The notes below the pieces were generated by a model. The model was not told the DNA's origin, made no database searches, and saw only the letters and a program-made list of their open reading frames with translations. Positions 1 through 11,245 of a stretch of DNA of 64,000 nucleotides are shown one piece after another. Position 1 is the first letter of the stretch. The number at the start of each line of letters is the position of its first letter. The position numbers and the translations under genes were made by a program. The stretch covers positions 324,549 to 388,548 of the forward strand of contig NIVC01000578.1 in assembly GCA_002269645.1 (NCBI GenBank). The letters are read 5' to 3'. This stretch comes from Macrostomum lignano. Lineage: Eukaryota.

Positions 1-1220
1 ATGCCGCTGTATGTGGCTGAAATGGGGGATTTATTTTCTTAAACCCCAGTATACGAGTATGAAATACTAATGGTATTGTATACAGTATTCCTACCTCCAA
101 TTCAAGCCAACAGAATTTTTGTAATATTTTACTTATCCCATTGATAATAATCAACTAGCTGCACAACTGTAATTTCCATCTGTTACCATCTGGTTTTACT
201 TTTAAGCACATATAAAATGCTATGAATATTTTCTTTCTTTTGCTGGCACCTATTTTAGGTCAGATCGAATCAATACTTTCCGTATCAAAGTATTTATGTG
301 TTTATGCTAGGTTGTAACTTATAAAATATATATATATAGTTCAGACCTTGTCAAGCCTCGCACGAAATTCGTCTTTGTTCTTCCTTTATCTTTGGTGCAA
401 TATGGGAATAGAAAAAACTTGATGACCTGCACTGATAAGGAGTCAGGACAGTTTGTTTGTTTCGCATAGGTTCGCTTAAGCAGGCAAGAACGGTACAACG
501 TAGAAATTCCCATATCACTTCTCTAGCCTTTCTTCTAACCCCCCCCCACCCAACTGAAATGAATTGGCCAAAATTAGCTGTCACCTCTAGGTTAAAATAA
601 TTCCTTGCATTGCCCTGTCATTACGGGTTATTGCCACTGGCCAGGAAATTCAAAACATTTTTCTAAGAGCAACTCAAAATGAGTAAGCTTTATACAGGCT
701 ATAATTGATGAGAGATTTCTGTTAATGAGAGATAAAGCCCACACGGGTTTTATTGATGTCGGGTTGTAAAAGACGATCGCAAATAGAGAACAATATAGCG
801 AGAATATTCAAGCTGGCGGACGTGCGCCGAGCTATAATTTTCTGTTAACTCGGGGATTCAGTAAGACTAGAATAATTGAGTGGCAAAAACTGTCATGAGA
901 ACGCAAAGGCACTTTGAAACCTTTATGATTCAGTGGATTTATTCATCCGGAAAAATGACAAGGCGGGGGTTAGATTGTTATTTATTCATGACCTGTCCCA
1001 TTTGAGCTCTGACCGCCTCTGAATATGAAAACTGAGAAAATATCTATGTCTATGTATCCCTCCTTATCAAAATGTGACTGAGTGACTGTGCCCTACTCGT
1101 AATCGGGGAGATAAATGAAGGGGAGACAGGGGAGACAGTCTCCTATCTCCAATCTCCCATGTCTCTTATTTGCCATTATGCAGTTAACTGGGCCCGTCAT
1201 GCATAGCCTACTGCAGGCTG

Positions 1221-1817
1221 CAGGGGTCAGCAAACTCCAGCCCACGGGCCACATGCGGCCCGCAGTCTCTCTATCCAGCCCTCGGGTCCTTTCTAACTTC
1301 CCATGCCAATAACAATCCAGCCCGCTCAAGGTTTGCATCTCTTCTCAGCTTTTTTGCTAATTTCTTCTCCTTTTCTCATCAAAATCTCCCCTCTCTCCTC
1401 CTTTCCCCTCTTTCCTTGCTCCCAGTGGCGCAACCAGGGGGGCGGGGGGGGGGGGGGGCCCCCCCCTTAGGCGGAGACCCAGAAAAAATTGAAGGGGGAC
1501 CAAGCGAATTTTCGCCAAAAACAGAGCCTCCCCTCCGCCCCCTCCCTCACGGGACTTTACCTTCCAGAATCCGCCCCCCCCCTCAAAAAATTTCTGGTTG
1601 CCCTACTGCTTGCTCCCTTCCTCTGACATCTCTCCTTTCGCCTCTCTCCTCTCTCCCTTTATCTCCCTTCTTTCTCTCATCTCGCCTCTCTCCTCTCTTC
1701 CCTCCTCTCACATCTCACATCTCTCCCCTCTCCCCTCCACTCTCCTCCTTCTGGCCCGCAGTCTTGAGCTAGATTCTCTATCTGGCACTTAAAGTAAAAT
1801 AGTTAGCCAATCCCTCG
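1221..1817. mobile_element. Non-autonomous hAT (Charlie-like) MITE, inverted relative of 17431-18895
   Basis: Starts CAGGGGTCAGCAAACT; both ends align with the reverse complement of the 17431-18895 ends; pyrimidine-rich core. Confidence 0.7.
1423..1608. mobile_element. 186-bp hAT MITE nested in the previous element
   Basis: TIRs CAGTGGCGCAACCAG / CTGGTTGCCCTACTG; perfect 8-bp TSD CTTGCTCC (1415-1422, 1609-1616). Confidence 0.85.
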
Positions 1818-1945
1818 CAAGGAATTTCGATCATTACAATGAGCAAAAGTTGACATTAACAAAATTTTGGCGGGCGCGTTGTGCCAAGCCTGAACAGCTT
1901 CTCTAGACAGCACTCTGTGCTCTCCAGAATTACTTGAACTGTTAG

Positions 1946-2064
1946 CAGTGGCGCAAGCAGAATTTCTTATGTGGGGGGGGGGCGGATTCTGAAGGGTAAA
2001 GACCCAAGGGGGGCGGAGGGGTGGCTCTGTATTTTGGCAAAAATGCGCTTGGTCCCCCTTTAAT
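1946..2064. mobile_element. Truncated inverted copy of the 186-bp MITE
   Basis: Begins CAGTGGCGCAAGCAG; the rest matches the reverse complement of 1490-1608. Confidence 0.7.
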
Positions 2065-2481
2065 ACAGCTTGGCAAACCTGATTGATTTTCCGGGATTTC
2101 CCCTGTCCTAGTTGTATTTCTCTAAAATTCTGGAAGATAAATCGAGATTCTAGATAATAGCTGCATCTAAGATTAGTTTGTTTTGCTATCGCATTGTACC
2201 GTACAATTAATTATTGAAAATTTTAAACCTTTGCTGGCATACGCATATGTTATCTTTGACCTTACCTGTTGTTTAATAGGTAAATTATTACTGTATGGAG
2301 GTACATGTAGATATAGGCATTTTGACTGTCAACTGTCCACCCCATACAAGCATACGGCTTTCAAATAATTATGCAACCTTGTGCAAGGGTATGCCGCCTA
2401 CTTACATGTAAAACTTTGAAATGAGTATTTATTTACGCCACTATCCAAGGGGGGGCGCGGCCGCGGGAGACCGACAGCGGA

Positions 2482-3187
2482 GACCGCCACAATTTGCCCG
2501 CCAGACAATTTGCCCGCCAGACAATTTGCCCGCCAGACAATTTGCCCGCCAGACAATTTGCCCGCCAGACAATTTGCCCGCCAGACAATTTGCCCGCCAG
2601 ACAATTTGCCCGCCAGACAATTTGCCCGCCAGACAATTTGCCCGCCAGACAATTTGCCCGCCAGACAATTTGCCCGCCAGACAATTTGCCCGCCAGACAA
2701 TTTGCCCGCCAGACAATTTGCCCGCCAGACAATTTGCCCGCCAGACAATTTGCCCGCCAGACAATTTGCCCGCCAGACAATTTGCCCGCCAGACAATTTG
2801 CCCGCCAGACAATTTGCCCGCCAGACAATTTGCCCGCCAGACAATTTGCCCGCCAGACAATTTGCCCGCCAGACAATTTGCCCGCCAGACAATTTGCCCG
2901 CCAGACAATTTGCCCGCCAGACAATTTGCCCGCCAGACAATTTGCCCGCCAGACAATTTGCCCGCCAGACAATTTGCCCGCCAGACAATTTGCCCGCCAG
3001 ACAATTTGCCCGCCAGACAATTTGCCCGCCAGACAATTTGCCCGCCAGACAATTTGCCCGCCAGACAATTTGCCCGCCAGACAATTTGCCCGCCAGACAA
3101 TTTGCCCGCCAGACAATTTGCCCGCCAGACAATTTGCCCGCCGCCCTATTTCACCTTGAATAGAACGGCGATCAAATTGTGGCGGTC
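2482..3187. repeat. Perfect 16-bp array (ACAATTTGCCCGCCAG x40.9) bounded by 15-bp inverted repeats
   Basis: 40 invariant units at 2489-3128 plus a partial unit; GACCGCCACAATTTG (2482-2496) and CAAATTGTGGCGGTC (3173-3187). Confidence 0.95.
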
Positions 3188-6100
3188 AAATGTACTCGTA
3201 GATGTAGTAGACCCGGCGGCCGCCCCCTTTGCCATGGCTGGACTTGCATATAAGGGGGGTAAATTTTGAGCTTACTTTGGCTTTTTAGACCAAAACAAAA
3301 ATTTGGGAAAATCTGCCCCCACTACTTTAAAAATCCTGAATTGACCACCAAATCGGACTCATCTAAATGAAAACTTAAGAATACAAGCAACATTGTACAT
3401 GCGCTAGTGCTTAAGTAGTGGAGTATTAAAAAATATATTTTTTGTTGCGTTGATTTCGAAGATCAAAAGGTATTACTTATAAGTAGGTAGGCTAAAACGC
3501 ACACTTTTGCGTTCACATCCAATTTCTGAAGTGTATGAAACTCAGAAAAATTTGCACGAGTCGCCTATACCCCACTTTGGAGCTTGCAGCAATTTTTCAA
3601 AGAGATGGCTGCTCAAAGGGTTAAAAGTTCAAGTTAGCTGTAGTATGAGGATTGGTCAATGCAAATAAATAATGAGCTCATTATACAAGAAAATAATTAA
3701 TAAGGATATCAATAGTTCGCCCCACTGTCCACTGCACGTACTGAAAGGCGTACTGTCAGGTTCGAGCACAAAAACACCCGAAACTAAAAAAATCAACTTT
3801 AAAAATTCTGCTCTTTACATAATTTCCTCACAAAAATATTTCATACGTACAAAGAAGAAAACCTACAAACTTTTATCTTGCGGGATGGGGCGTACCCTTG
3901 AGGGCCGCCGGGGCGCCGGCCTAGAGGGTACGCCCCAATTTTTCTAACCACTGGGAAGGTGTAAGTTGCATCGTTTTCCGAGGTTGAAATGTAAAGGCTC
4001 GTTCGGGAGGGCCGTAGCCTAGTGGTCCAGCGGCCGAGGCTCGATTCCAAGTGCAGCCACATTTATTTGGGGATAATTTGAATCTTGGCTTGGCTCTGCC
4101 TGGAGGGCCGACCCCCAAGGCACAGTGAAGTGTACGCGCCTAACGATAAATATAAAGTTAGGGCCGCTGTACACTCCTGTGGGAATGTGTGCCTGTGCGT
4201 ACCCTGCCTCTCGGCTCGGTCACATAATCAAATGTAAAAAATATTCGTGTGATCTATACATATTTTCACTTGCACATCAGTGATTTATCGATGCTCAGAG
4301 TTGGAAATGTTGAATGTTGTTCTCAGTATGAATGGAATTCTAATTTTAGATGGCTTTTCTACCGCTGCCAACCGAGAAAGCACGAAGGCGAACCGGAAAA
4401 CAAAGTTTGCCTTCGACTTAAAACGCCGTCATCCCGGAGACATTTATGCGGTCACTGGAGTGAAGGCTGGTTCAGCATTTAGCATGCTTGATGTACGCAA
4501 CATCGAGTGAAATCAAGTGGCAGCTGACAAAGCTGTTTAAGCCTGAAAAGAGACTAAATAAGTTTTTCATGCTTTTTACGAAGTAGCCTCGAGCTCAGGT
4601 GTCTTAGTTTGAATCTCGACCTCAATTCTTATCTGTCCGAATAAGTTTTACGTGACTCGTGTTGTAATGTCTGTCTTTATCTACATGCGTCTTTTTTGTC
4701 TCTTACGAGTATTGTGTTATGTCCGTTTATTCAAAGCTAAAAATATCAATGCCCAAATTTGTCTAAGCAACGTTTGAAGATATTTTTAAATCTATTTTTC
4801 TTAGCAGTGCATGGAAATTTTCATTTAATAGAAAATCCCTCTAAAAGTCACTTAAGAGATCTATTTGCATACTTATCAGGTAGTTTTTGATTCATTGTAG
4901 GAAAACATTACGTTAGTATTTCTAGGAAATGGAAAAGAGCACACAATAGCGCTCGTACCTAAATTCATTATAATTTTCGTCAAATTTAGTAAAAATGAAT
5001 GTAAAAGTTTTAGTTCAAATGCATTGACCATATTTAGGTACATACGATATATGTGATTCTTTTACATTTTCTATTTTGTACTTTATTCTTTGTGCGAATT
5101 ACAGCACCTGCTCCATGCTACCTGATTATAAATATTCATATTTTGTTACTGAGAGCCACATTTATCAATCAGCTGTGCATTTCTTCCTCTGTAAATTGTA
5201 TCTTTGCATTGCTCCAAAATGTTCCGCATAGCTGCGGAACAAAATCTGCGTTGCAAAATATATTCTATATGATCTTTTGCTCGGAAAATTTTGGCAAGTA
5301 AGAGAAATTTAGAGCTTGTTCCCGCAGTATTGTTTTGCTTTTGAAAAATAGCGAGAAAAAATGTCAATTACCTGTAGTCAGCAATATATGACAGCTTCAT
5401 TAGGAATTAGTTTTCTTCAAATATACTTCTCTGTTTGATGCTGCAAGACTTCCTCAGCAAGCAAGTAGCGCAGGATTCTTCTGTTGCTTGTCTAAGATCT
5501 AAAATTGTTAATGTACCACTCGTACATCACCGCTTCATGTATTGCCTTGAGGTAGCGCATGGGTGGCTTATGGGTGACCCGGAGGTAGCGCATGAGCTGA
5601 TTTTATTCAGCGGTTTCGCCACCTGAGTTGCAGAAACTGCAGTTCGCGTTGCTGGTATGCCCTGCCTGCGGGTTACATGTGCTGGTGCCTGGTAAAGCGG
5701 CCGTCACCTGAGAGGGTCATATGGTGGTAGCCCGGATGTCTCTTTGCGAGAGGCGCAATCAGAGGAGCTTCCGGCACTGGTGAGAGCTGGGAGACAGAGC
5801 CTCTGGATTGCCTGCAGGTAGTGTAGTTCGCTCATGTTGAATGGTGCTGCTGGGTCCTGATGCGCGAGTCGATGACGCAGCTCTTGGCTGGGTAAAAACT
5901 GCAGACACAAAAATTTGGAATTCCAAATGCACCAGCGAAAACAAACTTTCCGTGCTGGCATCCATCCAATTCTACGAAAACCGGGTAGTTTCCTGTATGT
6001 ACTTTAGTTGTTCGAGGAGGCACTTTTTCTCGAACGTCGTTCTCACTGCATTATCAACTTCTCGGCCTAGAACGTCGTTCTTACTGCATTATCAACTTCT

Positions 6101-7156
6101 CGGCCATCAAATAATTATGGTCTGAGCAACTCTTATCTGAAGATCCGAGCAACTCTCATCTGAAGATCCGAGCAACTCTTGCCTGAAGGTTTGAGTACGA
6201 ACAAGCAATTAGTTAACATGTACATGTACAAAATTTTAATTGGGAAACCTCGTCTGCATGCAAGTCGGAATTAAACTCAAGGACCACTAAGAATACTTCG
6301 TTCTAGTAGTCCTTGATTAAACCATAGGCCTGTGCCCAAACACAGGGAGGCCCTTAGCTGCGCATACAAGGAATAAACGGCCTGTTTTAAACAAGGAAGA
6401 ATGCAGCAAATTACTCGTACTACTCCATATACTCCTAGAAGAGAGCCTAAAACAGATGGTTTTTTTTCGTTAAAAGTTTTCACTGCGTTGAGAGAATTGC
6501 CTACTGGCAGCTTTGCCCCATTTGAGCTCATTCATCAGCTGTTTCATTAATTTTGCATAGCAGTGGCTGAGCTGCGAGAGTGCAGGCGCAGTCAAGAACA
6601 GCTCGCAGTCGTCAGATGCATGAAAAGCTGCTTCGTTCGATCTTCCAATTAATTGGCAAGTGAAGCTGTGAGCTGCATGTAGGGCGTAGGCCGTGCGCTG
6701 CACTCTCTGCCCCACATTATTATTCATGACTCATTCTCTCGCCTAAACTTGTTTACCAATTCTCGACCAATCGCGCATCGCTGCACCCCACCCCACAATA
6801 TTGACTAATAAATATATTGAGTAAACAGAGCCATACAGAGGCCACCTTTTCGGCACGCAAACCCAGACTTCACACTGCAGTATAGACATGGACTACTCAA
6901 ACACCGGGACAGAAACTAGGAATTTTTTACGAGGCTGGTCTTTTTAAGCAGCTGACGGGGCTGGCTGGCTTATTTTCATTAGAGCGATGCTGTGTTACTT
7001 TGTTGTCTAGGGTTATTTTCTACTGCTGCTAAAGGACCAGCCTCTTAAAAAATTCCTAGCTTACCGTCCCGGTGTTTGAGTAGTCCCTGAGTACAGAGCT
7101 GCTTCTTCCGCGTCTCTGTCGTCATGACAAACAAAAAAGAGGCGTTGTCTACACAG

Positions 7157-7197
7157 CCAATCAAGGAAGCCGCTGCGGATGAGGGCGAGAGTATTAA
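7157..7197 (+). promoter_or_regulatory. CCAAT box and TATA-like TATTAA upstream of lectin A
   Basis: ACAGCCAATCAAGG and GTATTAAG are both conserved in copy B while the surrounding sequence diverges. Confidence 0.45.
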
Positions 7198-7272
7198 GCC
7201 AGCCGTTCTTCTCCAGGAAAGCTGCAGATGCCCGAATCCAGTTAAGCGCCACCGACTCAACTCCCGGCAAGA

Positions 7273-8042
7273 ATGGCTGCCGCTCACCTCCTGGCCTTCC
7301 TGATTCTGCTGGCCGGCTCGGTGCCGCGGCCGGCGGTGCGGGCCGGACTGGCCCAGCAGTTCCACAGCGTGAACGGCAGCCTGTGCATCGGCAGCGACTT
7401 CACTGAGACCCACAGCGCCGGCTCCGAGCGCGAGTGCGCCATGCTGTGCAGCGACAGCCAGCGCTGCCAGGCCTTCACCACGGCTGACGGTCCGTGCCAG
7501 CTGTTCGTGTTCGACAGGTTCAGCAAGTCGGTGCGTGACTGCGGCTGCTCCCGGAGAGGCCGCCTGTTCGTGAAGCAGCAGCCGGGACTCGAGCCGGGCG
7601 CGCTGTGTCCTCCTGGCTACGGAGACGAGCTGTGCGGAGTGAAGTACCGCACCATCAGCACCATGCCGCATCCTGGTCGGCCAGCAGGCAGCTGTGCGAG
7701 TCGGAGCCGGGCCTGGTGATCATGGCTGACGTGATGGACTCAACCGAGATGGAGCACGTAGAGAGCCTGTACAACAAGACCTACCCAGGTGGTTCGATGT
7801 GGCTGGGAGGCCTCCAGCTGCCGGGCAGCTCGGAGCCGGCGGACGGCTGGGTCTGGGCGAGCTGCGGCGGCAGCCTCAGCGCCAGCCTGTGGGCCAGCGG
7901 GGAGCCAAGCAATGGCGGTGGCAATGGCATAGAGAACGTCACATTGAGGTACAAAACAAAAGCCGGCCTTACGGATGTAAGAGACGACTTAACGGGCATC
8001 CCAGTCGGTGTGCTGTGCGAGTGCGTGTCGCCTTTTGATTGA
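7273..8042 (+). CDS. Secreted PAN/Apple + C-type lectin protein, copy A (-1 frameshift at ~7665; possibly a pseudogene)
   Basis: Signal peptide MAAAHLLAFLILLAG; PAN Cys pattern (C..ECAMLCSDSQRCQAF..CQLF); CPPGY..CGVKY continues as SWSASRQLC..WLGG..WVW..LWASGEPSN..LCEC in the -1 frame; intronless. Confidence 0.75.
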
Positions 8043-8203
8043 CCGAGTGCTCGAACAACTTCAGTAATGTCAATATAATTACACTTTTGAGACTTGAGTG
8101 CCTCGGTTAGTTTTGTGCCTTTCCTCCATCCATAATGCAGAGTAGACCCACATAACAGACTGTACACTCAAACTGTTCTATCGATTCTAATCCCGATTAT
8201 GAG

Positions 8204-8209
8204 AATAAA
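8204..8209 (+). terminator. Candidate poly(A) signal, lectin A
   Basis: AATAAA in TATGAGAATAAATAT, conserved in copy B. Confidence 0.35.
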
Positions 8210-9356
8210 TATACACCTATTGCTAAACAACTGCAGTACTAAACACATAATGACTTTTACAGTGTACATGCTATACTTTATTTATGTTTAAATCAGTATT
8301 CAGGAGCATGCAATTTTTGTCAGCTGAAGATTTTAACTCTCCTCTATAGATGTAGAATGGAATTTACATGTACATGCGTTTCCAATATACTACTAGTAAG
8401 GAGAATTTTGTAAGTAGTTGAAACGAGGGATACTTGCGAGGGGGGGGGTTGATTTGATTGCAGTGAGAATTTTATGCTCGAAAACTTTTAGTGCTTGATT
8501 TTTCTGCTCTTCTTGCCGTTGATGCACTCCGCAACATCCAACATTTTTCAACACCGAAACGGTGCAAAAAGTTATCAAGGTTTGCGTGGTATGCTTTGGC
8601 CTTAGACAAGGAAACTAACTGAAAATTTGTAGTGGGTGTATTTTTTAAGTTTCTGTCTATCTTCAGTTAGGCTTGGCCTCAATGCTTTTAAACGAATTTT
8701 ATACTTTTTTTCACCATGATTATCGAGTTTACCGTCTTGAGTGATTGAGTTGCCCTTGCCTGCTAGTAAAGCGGCAGGTACAAGCAGGGCAGGGGCTGGC
8801 GCAGGTGATCAGCTGTGCATTTCTTCCCCTGTAAATTGTATGTTTTTGCATTGCTCTACATTGTTCCACACACAGCTGCACGTATTCGGCTGCAAAATAT
8901 AGTCTACATGATCTTGTAGACTAGAGCTGAGAAACTTAAAGCTTGCATCCCGCAGTATTGTTCTGCTTTTGAAAAAGAGCGACAGCAATGTCAATTACCG
9001 GTAGTCAGCAATATTACAGCATAAATAAATATGGAATGAGGTCTCTTCAAATAGTTTGATAGTGCAAGACTTCCTCAGCAAGAAGCACAGGATTCTTCTG
9101 TTGCTAGACTCTTAAATGTTAGTCTAGCTAATGTGTCACCCTCCATGTATAGCCTGGCCTGAGCTACTTGGTGCACTTCAATATGCTTGGTGCAGCTGAT
9201 TAAAGGGCGCTGGGAGACAGGCCTCTTGATTGCCTGCAGGTAGTGCGGTTCGGCCATGCTGAGCGGTGCTGCTGGGTCCTGATCCACGCTTTGATGCGCG
9301 AGTCGATAAAGAAACTCTTCACTAGGTAAAAAACTGCAGTCACAAAAAATCGCCTG

Positions 9357-10700
9357 AAGGTCTGAGCAGCTCCCATCTGGAGATTTGTGCAGCTCCCATC
9401 TGGAGACTTGAGCAGCTCCCATCTGGACATTTGTGCAACTCCCATCTGGAGACTTGAGCAGCTCCCATCTGGAGATTTGTGCAGCTCCCATCTGGAGACT
9501 TGAGCAGCTCCCATCTGGAGATTTGTGCAGCTCCCATCTGGAGACTTGAGCAGCTCCCATCTGGACATTTGTGCAGCTCCCATCTGGAGACTTGAGCAGC
9601 TCCCATCTGGACATTTGTGCAGCTCCCATCTGGAGACTTGAGCAGCTCCCATCTGGAGATTTAAGCAGCTCCCATCTGGAGATTTAAGCAGCTCCCATCT
9701 GGAGACTTGAGCAGCTCCCATCTGGAGATTTAAGCAGCTCCCATCTGGAGATTTGTGCAGCTCCCATCTGGAGACTTGAGCAGCTCCCATCTGGAGATTT
9801 AAGCAGCTCCCATCTGGAGACTTGAGCAGCTCCCATCTGGAGACTTGAGTAGCTCCCATCTGGAGACTTGAGCAGCTCCCATCTGGAGATTTGAGCAGCT
9901 CCCATCTGGAGATTTAAGCAGCTCCCATCTGGAGATTTAAGCAGCTCCCATCTGGACATTTAAGCAGCTCCCATCTGGACATTTGAGAAGCTCCCATCTG
10001 GAGATTTAAGCAGCTCCCATCTGGAGATTTGTGCAGCTCCCATCTGGAGACTTGAGCAGCTCCCATCTGGAGATTTAAGCAGCTCCCATCTGGAGATTTA
10101 AGCAGCTCCCATCTGGAGACTTGAGCAGCTCCCATCTGGAGACTTGAGTAGCTCCCATCTGGAGACTTGAGCAGCTCCCATCTGGAGATTTGAGCAGCTC
10201 CCATCTGGAGATTTAAGCAGCTCCCATCTGGAGATTTAAGCAGCTCCCATCTGGAGATTTAAGCAGCTCCCATCTGGACATTTAAGCAGCTCCCATCTGG
10301 ACATTTGAGAAGCTCCCATCTGGAGATTTAAGCAGCTCCCATCTGGAGATTTGAGCAGCTCCCATCTGGAGATTTGAGTAGCTCCCATCTGGAGATTTGA
10401 ATAGCACCCATCTGGAGATTTGAGTAGCTCCCATCTGGAGATTTGAATGGCTCACATCTGGAGATTTGAGTAGCTCACATCTGGAGATTTGAGTAGCTCC
10501 CATCTGGAGATTTGAATGGCTCACATCTGGAGATTTGAGTAGCTCACATCTGGAGATTTGAGCAGCTCCCATCTGGAGATTTGAGCAGCTCCCATCTGGA
10601 GATTTGAGCAGCTCCCATCTGGAGATTTGAGTGGCTCCCATCTGGAGATTTGAATAGCTCCCATCTGAAGGTCTGAGCAGTTCTCACTTGAAGATCTGAA
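9357..10700. repeat. 23-bp minisatellite GCAGCTCCCATCTGGAGAYTTGA, ~58 units
   Basis: Direct reading of the sequence. Confidence 0.95.
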
Positions 10701-11153
10701 TACGAACAAGCAAGTTAACATGTACTATATTTTAATTGGCAAACCTCGTCAGCAAGTCTGAATTGAGCCATACGCCAGTGCCCAGACACTGACGGGCCGC
10801 TGCGCATACAAGGAATAACGGCGTGCTGCTCAAATTTGCTGCTCAAATATGCAGCAAATTACTATACCAAATACTCCCAGAAGAGAGCCTAAAACAGAAA
10901 TGGTTTTTTCGTTGAAAAGTTTCCTGCGTGGAGAGAATTGGCTAGCAGCTTTGCCCCATTGAAGCTATTCAGCTGTTTTATAAATTTTGCATAGCAGTGG
11001 CTGAGCTGCCAGCGCAGTCAACAACAGCTCGCAGTCATCAGATGCATGAAAAGCTGCTTTGTACTTACAATTAATTGGCAAGTGAATCTGTGAGTTGCTT
11101 CTTCCACGTCTTTATCGCCTTGACAACCAGTGAAAGAGGCAGTGTCCACACAG

Positions 11154-11196
11154 CCAATCAAGGTATAGCTGCTGAGGATGACGCCGAGGGTATTAA
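11154..11196 (+). promoter_or_regulatory. CCAAT box and TATTAA upstream of lectin B
   Basis: Same motifs with near-identical spacing to copy A. Confidence 0.45.
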
Positions 11197-11245
11197 GCAC
11201 GCTGCTCTTCCCCCAAGCGCCACAGCCACAACTCCCAGCAATTGA

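Larger units (their letters stand above)
5165..8560 (+). repeat. Tandem segmental duplication unit A
   Basis: Collinear homology with 8810-12850 (e.g. 5165/8807, 5790/9206, 6555/10986, 8380/12730). Confidence 0.85.

Noticed and set aside
2398-3269. Five ORFs of 217-282 aa
   Set aside because: By-products of the stop-free 16-bp array.
3560-3624. piggyBac-like end CAAAGGG-TTAA
   Set aside because: No matching opposite terminus found in the window.
4352-4510. Possible terminal exon of a plus-strand gene (DGFSTAANRE...VRNIE-stop)
   Set aside because: It has a plausible acceptor, but no recognisable homology and no upstream exons that I could chain confidently.
7531-7658. GT-AG intron that would restore the lectin frame
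   Set aside because: It has no pyrimidine tract and would delete the conserved CPPGY..C..Y start of the CTLD. The alternative 20-nt GT-AG interval is too short.
7717-7724. Stop/re-initiation coupling (TGA TC ATG) giving a separate CTLD
   Set aside because: The product would lack a signal peptide, helix 1 and the first core Cys.
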